DNA of 32,000 nucleotides from Caedibacter taeniospiralis (GTDB lineage Bacteria; Pseudomonadota; Gammaproteobacteria; Francisellales; Francisellaceae): NCBI RefSeq assembly GCF_002803295.2, contig NZ_PGGB02000008.1, positions 1 to 32,000 of the forward strand, read 5' to 3'. Shown piece by piece: positions 26,931 to 32,000 of this stretch (position 1 is its first letter; each line of letters starts with the position of its first letter). The notes under the pieces were generated by a model. It saw only the letters and a program-made list of their open reading frames with translations, ran no database searches and was not told where the DNA came from. The position numbers and the translations under genes were made by a program.

Positions 26931-29111
26931 ATGACTATTGTACGGGTATTGGTTCTAGGACCTTTTGAAGAAGGCTTAGACTATTTATATCCATTTGCTA
27001 ACCTGCCTACGCCATTTACTCGTGTCCTTGTACCACTTGGTAAACGCACGGTCATTGGCATGATTAGCGAAATTAATCCAACCACCCAGCTATCACGCGA
27101 TGAATTAAAGCCTGTTACTAAACTGCTTGACGATAATAAATCCCTGTTGTCAGATCGAAGTATTGCAATGATTAAATGGCTCGCTAAATACTATCAATGC
27201 ACACTCTACCAGGCGCTTAAATTATCCCTTCCCAAACTCTATCTACAAAAAGAGCATCCTGAAATTTCACATCAGATAAGCTATCAGCTAAATAACGTCA
27301 CGGTTATCCCTCCCCAAAATGCACACAAACAACTTAAGGCAATCGCACTGCTAAAAGAGCATCAAACGCTCACTCATGAAGCCTTTCTGGCACAAGAGAT
27401 CAATCAGGCAACACTTAAAGCATTGCTTCAAAAAAACATTATCCGCAAAAAAGACCAACCTGTTGCAGCATCTAATTCCTGCTCAGTGAAATGCACACCA
27501 CGTACATTAACGCCCAATCAACAGGCAGTTGTTGCTCGCATCCACCAAAACCTTAATAGCTTCAAAACCTTTTTACTCTTTGGAATCACAGGCAGCGGCA
27601 AAACAGAAGTTTATATTGAAGCCATAAAGCCCATTATCCAAGGTGGTCTGCAGGTGTTAATACTGGTGCCTGAAATTAATCTCACCCCTCAAACGCTAAC
27701 GCGCTTTCAGCAAAGCTTTAACAACCCTGTTGCTGCTATTCACTCACAACTGAGTGACCAAGCGCGCTTTGATTTATTTGTAAAAGTGCAAAGCGGAGAG
27801 ATCAAGATCCTCATTACCACACGCTCGGGTCTTTTGTTTGACACCCCTAACCTGGGGATGATTATCGTTGATGAAGAACATGATGGCTCGTACAAGCAGC
27901 AAAACATCCCCACCTACCACGCTCGCGATATCGCGATCGTTAAAGCACAACAGCATAATGTGCCCATTATTCTTGGCAGTGGCACACCATCGATCGAAAG
28001 CTATTATCATGCTATGAATGGCAAATATGAGTTATTAATCCTAAAAAATCGCGCACTTAATCAACTGAGCAACCAGGTACATATCATTAATCTGCAAAGG
28101 CAACAAACTCAGGCAGGCTTAAGCCCAACGCTTATCGATAAAATCAGACAGACACTTGCCAAACATGAGCAGGTGTTATTATTTATTAATCGTCGTGGCT
28201 TTGCTCATAGTCTAATCTGCCAGGATTGTGGCTGGTGCGCCAACTGCAATCAATGCGAGAAGCCCTATACATTGCATCAAAAACCACAACATCTCGCGTG
28301 TCATTTTTGTGGTAAGGCGCGTAATATTATTCTGCAATGCCCCAACTGCCAATCACATAATCTTACTGATCTTGGACATGGCACCGAAAAGCTTGAAGAT
28401 GAACTTAATCTTATCTTTCCTTCTGCTAAGACTGCCCGATTGGATCGTAGCTCAACGCAAAAAAAGGGCTCACTTGAAACCGCACTTAATGATATACAAT
28501 CACGACAAGTAGACATTGTCGTTGGCACACAAATGATTGCCAAGGGGCATGACTTTCAGAATGTAAGCCTTGTTGGAATCATCAATGCTGATGCGGGATT
28601 TTATAGTCAGGATTTTCATTCAATTGAAAAAACAGCGCAACTGATCATTCAGGTGGCAGGCAGAACAGGGCGAGGTAACAAAGCAGGAGACGTTTACCTG
28701 CAAACCTATCAGCCAGATAACCCGCTTTTGCACTTAATTCTTCAATCAAGTTATGGGCACTTTCTAGCACAAACACTTGAAACACGTAAGCTTTTAAACT
28801 ACCCACCCTACACCTGTCAGGCCTATATCTATGCTCAAGCCAGCAAAACAAGCACATGTACTCACAGCCTGCAAAAAATTTATCAAACACTTATTCACTG
28901 CAATGCACAGCAACAGTTACACTGTCAGGTTTCTTCGGTGCTTCCTGCTATTAACATCAAGCAAGCAGGGCATTACCGCTTTATGATTATGCTGACTGCC
29001 ACCACACGCAAAGCATTACAGCAACTACTAAAGATGATTTCTGCAGCGACAGCCGAAGCGCGCAAAAAAGCGAAAATCACGATTGATATTGATCCGATTG
29101 AGATCAAATAG
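26931..29111 (+). CDS. priA: primosomal replication-restart helicase PriA
   Basis: Walker A GITGSGKTEVY, DEEHD box, the Cys-rich zinc-binding insert CQDCGWCANCNQC...CHFCG...CPNC, QVAGRTGR, and a length of 726 aa. Confidence 0.95.
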   Translation: MTIVRVLVLGPFEEGLDYLYPFANLPTPFTRVLVPLGKRTVIGMISEINPTTQLSRDELKPVTKLLDDNKSLLSDRSIAMIKWLAKYYQCTLYQALKLSLPKLYLQKEHPEISHQISYQLNNVTVIPPQNAHKQLKAIALLKEHQTLTHEAFLAQEINQATLKALLQKNIIRKKDQPVAASNSCSVKCTPRTLTPNQQAVVARIHQNLNSFKTFLLFGITGSGKTEVYIEAIKPIIQGGLQVLILVPEINLTPQTLTRFQQSFNNPVAAIHSQLSDQARFDLFVKVQSGEIKILITTRSGLLFDTPNLGMIIVDEEHDGSYKQQNIPTYHARDIAIVKAQQHNVPIILGSGTPSIESYYHAMNGKYELLILKNRALNQLSNQVHIINLQRQQTQAGLSPTLIDKIRQTLAKHEQVLLFINRRGFAHSLICQDCGWCANCNQCEKPYTLHQKPQHLACHFCGKARNIILQCPNCQSHNLTDLGHGTEKLEDELNLIFPSAKTARLDRSSTQKKGSLETALNDIQSRQVDIVVGTQMIAKGHDFQNVSLVGIINADAGFYSQDFHSIEKTAQLIIQVAGRTGRGNKAGDVYLQTYQPDNPLLHLILQSSYGHFLAQTLETRKLLNYPPYTCQAYIYAQASKTSTCTHSLQKIYQTLIHCNAQQQLHCQVSSVLPAINIKQAGHYRFMIMLTATTRKALQQLLKMISAATAEARKKAKITIDIDPIEIK

Positions 29112-29310
29112 CTATCATGTTCTTTCGATTATGACAGGGTATCGAAAGGATACTCAGGATGCCCTCGTTTTTTCGGTGCCAAATAAGCGCCTAAAGACAG
29201 TGTCGTTTTTGGGATCTGGATATTTCTGGATAGGCATGGCAGAATCTTTGATTCATGCCTGTTGAGGAGGAAGTCCATATAAGTCAGATGCAAAAGGCTA
29301 TTTGAGAGCT

Positions 29311-29388
29311 TTACTTTAACAGCCAGAACCAATAAACAATCAATAAAATAAGGATTACTCCCAATCCATTTACTATCCAAAAAATCAT
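29311..29388 (-). CDS. candidate 25-aa single-TM micro-protein downstream of the copA-like gene
   Basis: On the minus strand, AGGAG-N6-ATG is followed by MIFWIVNGLGVILILLIVYWFWLLK*. It is below the ORF-track length threshold. Support comes only from the strong SD and the hydrophobic character. Confidence 0.3.
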   Translation of the reverse strand: MIFWIVNGLGVILILLIVYWFWLLK

Positions 29389-29454
29389 ATGCTGCTCCTA
29401 TGTTCATTTAAAAAATCGACTTAAACAAATTTTTCGCCGAGACAAATAGTCACG

Positions 29455-29554
29455 GTCATTCCCGCGAAGGCGGGAATCCAGCCAGGGGCGGAAAATATTT
29501 CGCCCCTGGCTTCAAGTAGGGTGACGGTGGGCAGAAAGATGGTCAGAGCCAAAA
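29455..29554. repeat. repeat family A, copy 2, overlapping the 3' end of the copA-like gene
   Basis: An identical 24-nt arm lies at 29455-29478. An internal 10-bp-stem hairpin gccaggggcg-gaaaatattt-cgcccctggc lies at 29481-29510. A 37-nt arm at 29518-29554 differs from copy 1 at 2 positions. Confidence 0.8.
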
Positions 29555-31743
29555 AATCTCAACCGATTTGCATTAATAATGACCGTTAATGAGGATGCCG
29601 CCATCACCGCCCCTGCAATAATCGGGTTTAACAGCATCCCAGTTAATGGGAATAATGCCCCTGCTGCAATCGGAATCCCTAAACCATTATAAATAAACGC
29701 ACCCCACAAATTTTGTTTAATATTCCTCATAGTTGCTTGAGAAACCGCAATAGCATCAACCACTCCAGTCAACGAACTTCTCATGAGCGTGATATCTGCA
29801 CTTTCTAGCGCGATATCCGTCCCATTACCAATTGCAAAGCCAACGTCTGCCTGCGTCAATGCAGGGGCGTCGTTGATGCCATCACCCACCATCGCAACAG
29901 GTTGATTTTGCTGCTGCAATGAAGCGATATAACTGGCTTTATCCTGTGGCATTACTTCTGCCATCACATTTTTGATGCCTAACTGACTGGCAATAGCCCA
30001 CGCCGTACGCTTATTATCACCTGTTACCATAGTGATCTTTATATTCAAATCCTCAAGCTTTTTAATTGCAGCCAAGGCGTCTTCGTTGATGGGATCGGCA
30101 ACTGCGACAATACCCATGAGCTTTGATTCTAGCGCTACAAACATGACGGTTTGACCTTGCTGAGACATTTGATTGAAAGTATCCATAAATGCACTCACCT
30201 CAACTTGGCAGTTTTCCATCATCCTGACATTTCCAATCGCAACATTTTTATCCTCTATTTTAGCGCTAACCCCCAACCCTGTATGGCTATAAAAATGGCT
30301 GACTGGTAGTAAACTCAGTGACTTGTCTTTCGCTTTTTTAACGATTGCTTCTGCCAGCGGGTGCTCTGAATGCGCTTCAATACTTACCATAATCTGCAAT
30401 AAATAATCTTCCGACACACCCTCAACACACTCAATCGCGATGACTTCAGACTCACCCTTCGTGATCGTCCCTGTTTTATCAAGTACAACATGGTTTAATT
30501 GACTTGATTTTTGCAAGGCTTCACCATTACGAATCAAGACCCCCATTTGTGCAGCTTTCCCCATGCCCACAATAACTGAAATTGGCGTTGCCAACCCCAG
30601 TGCACAGGGACAAGCAATAACCAAAACAGTGATGCTCGTTACCACTGCAAAACCGGCAGAAAAGCCGAGGTTAAACCAAATAAGCGCCGTAATCACAGCA
30701 CAGATCATAACAGCAGGGACAAAGTAGCTTGAAACAACATCGGCAAGTTTGGCAATAGAGGGTTTTGTGCTTTGCGCATTTTTCACTAAAGTCACGATTT
30801 GCGCAAGCAGAGTATCTTTGGTTGCCTTAGTTACCTTATAGGTAAAGCTCCCATTTTTATTTATCGTTCCTGCATAGACTTCATCATCAATGTTTTTAGA
30901 TACTGCAATACCTTCCCCTGTTAGCATCGATTCATCAACATGCGATTTCCCTACCACAACAATCCCATCTAATGCAATTTTTTCACCAGGTCGGACTCTC
31001 AGCAAATCTCCAGGCTTTATGTAATTAATTGCTACCTCTTGCACCTTGGCATCCTTTAGCACCACGTGTGCCGTTTGCGGTTGCAACCCAATTAAATGCT
31101 GGATTGCCAGGGAGGTCCTTCCTCTTGCTTTTACTTCCAAAAAAGCACCTAAATTAACCAAAGCAATGATCAATAATGAGGCTTCGAGGTAGACGTGTCG
31201 CGCATTCTCTGGCATCCAGTAAGGAAAGAAAATAACCATCGCAGAGTAGCCCCAGGCGGCTAAAGTTCCAAGGCTGATTAAGGTATCCATGGTCGCATGG
31301 TGCTGCAAAAGCGCTTTATAGGCCGCATAATACATGTGCTGAGCAGCATAGAACAGGATGAACAACGTCAAACCTGTCATGCAAAGCCAAAACAGATTTA
31401 CGGCATCAGACGTTATCATAGCCGCTTGAGCAGACATCCCATAGACCATAATAAACAGCCCAAGTACCGTTGGAATGATAATCTTCAAGAGTTGAGCCAT
31501 ATCTGTTTTGTGAAGAATATCAGCTGTCACTTCTTCACGACTAGAACTCACCTGATAACCAATTTTAGCCAAAGCAGTGATGACTTCATCAGCATCGACA
31601 CTGCCAAGCACCAGGAGTGTACGCTCTGCAAAGTTTACCCGAACATTGTCGATCAGGGACAATTGCGCCAGCGTTTTTTCAATTTTACTGACACAGCTCA
31701 TACAAGAAACATTGTGTAATTTAAATTCTTGTGATGCTTTCAT
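29512..31743 (-). CDS. copA: copper-translocating P1B-type ATPase
   Basis: N-terminal HMA domain CMSCVSKIEK, TM6 CPC motif (ACPCALGLATP), phosphorylation site DKTGTIT, TGD, and hinge GDGINDAP. The last ~13 codons (FFGSDHLSAHRHPT*) are encoded inside repeat family A copy 2. Confidence 0.95.
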   Translation of the reverse strand: MKASQEFKLHNVSCMSCVSKIEKTLAQLSLIDNVRVNFAERTLLVLGSVDADEVITALAKIGYQVSSSREEVTADILHKTDMAQLLKIIIPTVLGLFIMVYGMSAQAAMITSDAVNLFWLCMTGLTLFILFYAAQHMYYAAYKALLQHHATMDTLISLGTLAAWGYSAMVIFFPYWMPENARHVYLEASLLIIALVNLGAFLEVKARGRTSLAIQHLIGLQPQTAHVVLKDAKVQEVAINYIKPGDLLRVRPGEKIALDGIVVVGKSHVDESMLTGEGIAVSKNIDDEVYAGTINKNGSFTYKVTKATKDTLLAQIVTLVKNAQSTKPSIAKLADVVSSYFVPAVMICAVITALIWFNLGFSAGFAVVTSITVLVIACPCALGLATPISVIVGMGKAAQMGVLIRNGEALQKSSQLNHVVLDKTGTITKGESEVIAIECVEGVSEDYLLQIMVSIEAHSEHPLAEAIVKKAKDKSLSLLPVSHFYSHTGLGVSAKIEDKNVAIGNVRMMENCQVEVSAFMDTFNQMSQQGQTVMFVALESKLMGIVAVADPINEDALAAIKKLEDLNIKITMVTGDNKRTAWAIASQLGIKNVMAEVMPQDKASYIASLQQQNQPVAMVGDGINDAPALTQADVGFAIGNGTDIALESADITLMRSSLTGVVDAIAVSQATMRNIKQNLWGAFIYNGLGIPIAAGALFPLTGMLLNPIIAGAVMAASSLTVIINANRLRFFGSDHLSAHRHPT

Positions 31744-31846
31744 CCTCTCCCTCCTTGTTTGCTTTGCCTTCTAACCCATATAAATTCTGCATGATAGAAC
31801 AGCTGCTGATCAAGGCAGATATTTCATATTTTTTGAAACTTTGCAG

Positions 31847-31874
31847 TTGACATCCAACCTGAATTCTATAGAAT
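31847..31874 (+). promoter_or_regulatory. sigma70-type promoter for the tRNA cluster
   Basis: TTGACA (31847-31852), a 16-nt spacer, then TAGAAT (31869-31874), lying 12 nt upstream of the tRNA-Thr 5' end. Confidence 0.6.
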
Positions 31875-31885
31875 GCCTTCCTGTT

Positions 31886-31961
31886 GCCGACATGGCTCAA
31901 CTGGTAGAGCAGCCGACTTGTAATCGGCAGGTTCCGGGTTCAAGTCCTGGTGTCGGCACCA
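31886..31961 (+). tRNA. tRNA-Thr (anticodon UGU)
   Basis: GCCGACATGGCTCAACTGGTAGAGCAGCCGACTTGTAATCGGCAGGTTCCGGGTTCAAGTCCTGGTGTCGGCACCA. The acceptor stem is GCCGACA/TGTCGGC, the anticodon loop is cTTGTaa, and the T-loop is GGTTCAAGTCC. CCA is encoded. Confidence 0.9.
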
Positions 31962-31968
31962 TCTACGC

Positions 31969-32000
31969 GGAGTGGTAGTTCAGTTGGTTAGAATACCTGC
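31969..32000 (+). tRNA. 5' part of a second tRNA, truncated by the window end (Asp-like D-arm and anticodon stem)
   Basis: GGAGTGG-TA-GTTC-AGTTGGTTA-GAAT-A-CCTGC has the same layout as E. coli tRNA-Asp (GGAGCGG-UA-GUUC-AGUCGGUUA-GAAU-A-CCUGC). The anticodon is not within the window. Confidence 0.5.

Noticed and set aside
29129-29407. 92-aa minus-strand ORF between priA and copA
   Set aside because: It has no ribosome-binding site and a non-protein-like composition. It overlaps a better-supported micro-ORF in another frame.
1-32000. CRISPR arrays, rRNA genes, intact insertion sequences/transposases, prophage structural genes, and toxin-antitoxin pairs
   Set aside because: No regularly spaced direct repeats, rRNA-like stretches, DDE/transposase motifs or phage hallmark proteins were seen on either strand. 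The only repeats are the two REP/MITE-like families reported above.

Overview
The window appears to be chromosomal DNA from a low-GC gammaproteobacterium. The organism is probably Legionellales-like, an inference from Dot/Icm-family proteins, two Fis paralogues and REP-like palindromes. It splits into two parts.

(1) Positions 1-13735 are an accessory-looking block. It starts with the 3' end of a tyrosine recombinase gene, followed by a minimal type IVb (R64 thin-pilus-like) set: a PilB/GspE-family ATPase, a GspF/PilC-family platform protein, a long-leader prepilin and a large PilV-like minor pilin. Next come an orphan secreted protein, a decayed DUF559 gene fragment embedded in nested palindromes, and a subset of type IVB secretion (Dot/Icm, IncI Tra/Trb-like) genes. 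That subset runs IcmD/DotP-like, DotD, DotC, DotB, IcmT, DotL, a 98-aa unknown, DotM. The DotD-DotC-DotB-IcmT order next to type IVb pilus genes matches the IncI1/R64 traH-I-J-K plus pil arrangement as I recall it, not the canonical Legionella or Coxiella layout. Two components look damaged. dotL carries a single in-frame TAA exactly where the Walker B glutamate codon is expected, and DotC lacks a signal peptide and lipobox. Most T4BSS core genes and the pilus secretin and peptidase are absent from the window.

(2) Positions 13835-32000 are ordinary housekeeping DNA: a gamma-CA-like hexapeptide protein, lolB, ispE, tRNA-Gln, ftsY, fis, secA, a DUF721-like ORF, an HAD phosphatase, a second fis, rph, rhuM with type I R-M remnants, MTA/SAH nucleosidase, an MFS transporter, priA, a CopA-type ATPase, and a tRNA-Thr plus partial tRNA cluster. 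Two repeat families are scattered through both parts, and one copy supplies the C-terminus and stop codon of the copA-like gene.

No CRISPR array, rRNA or intact IS was seen. All family assignments come from motif recognition by eye, and no database search was run.
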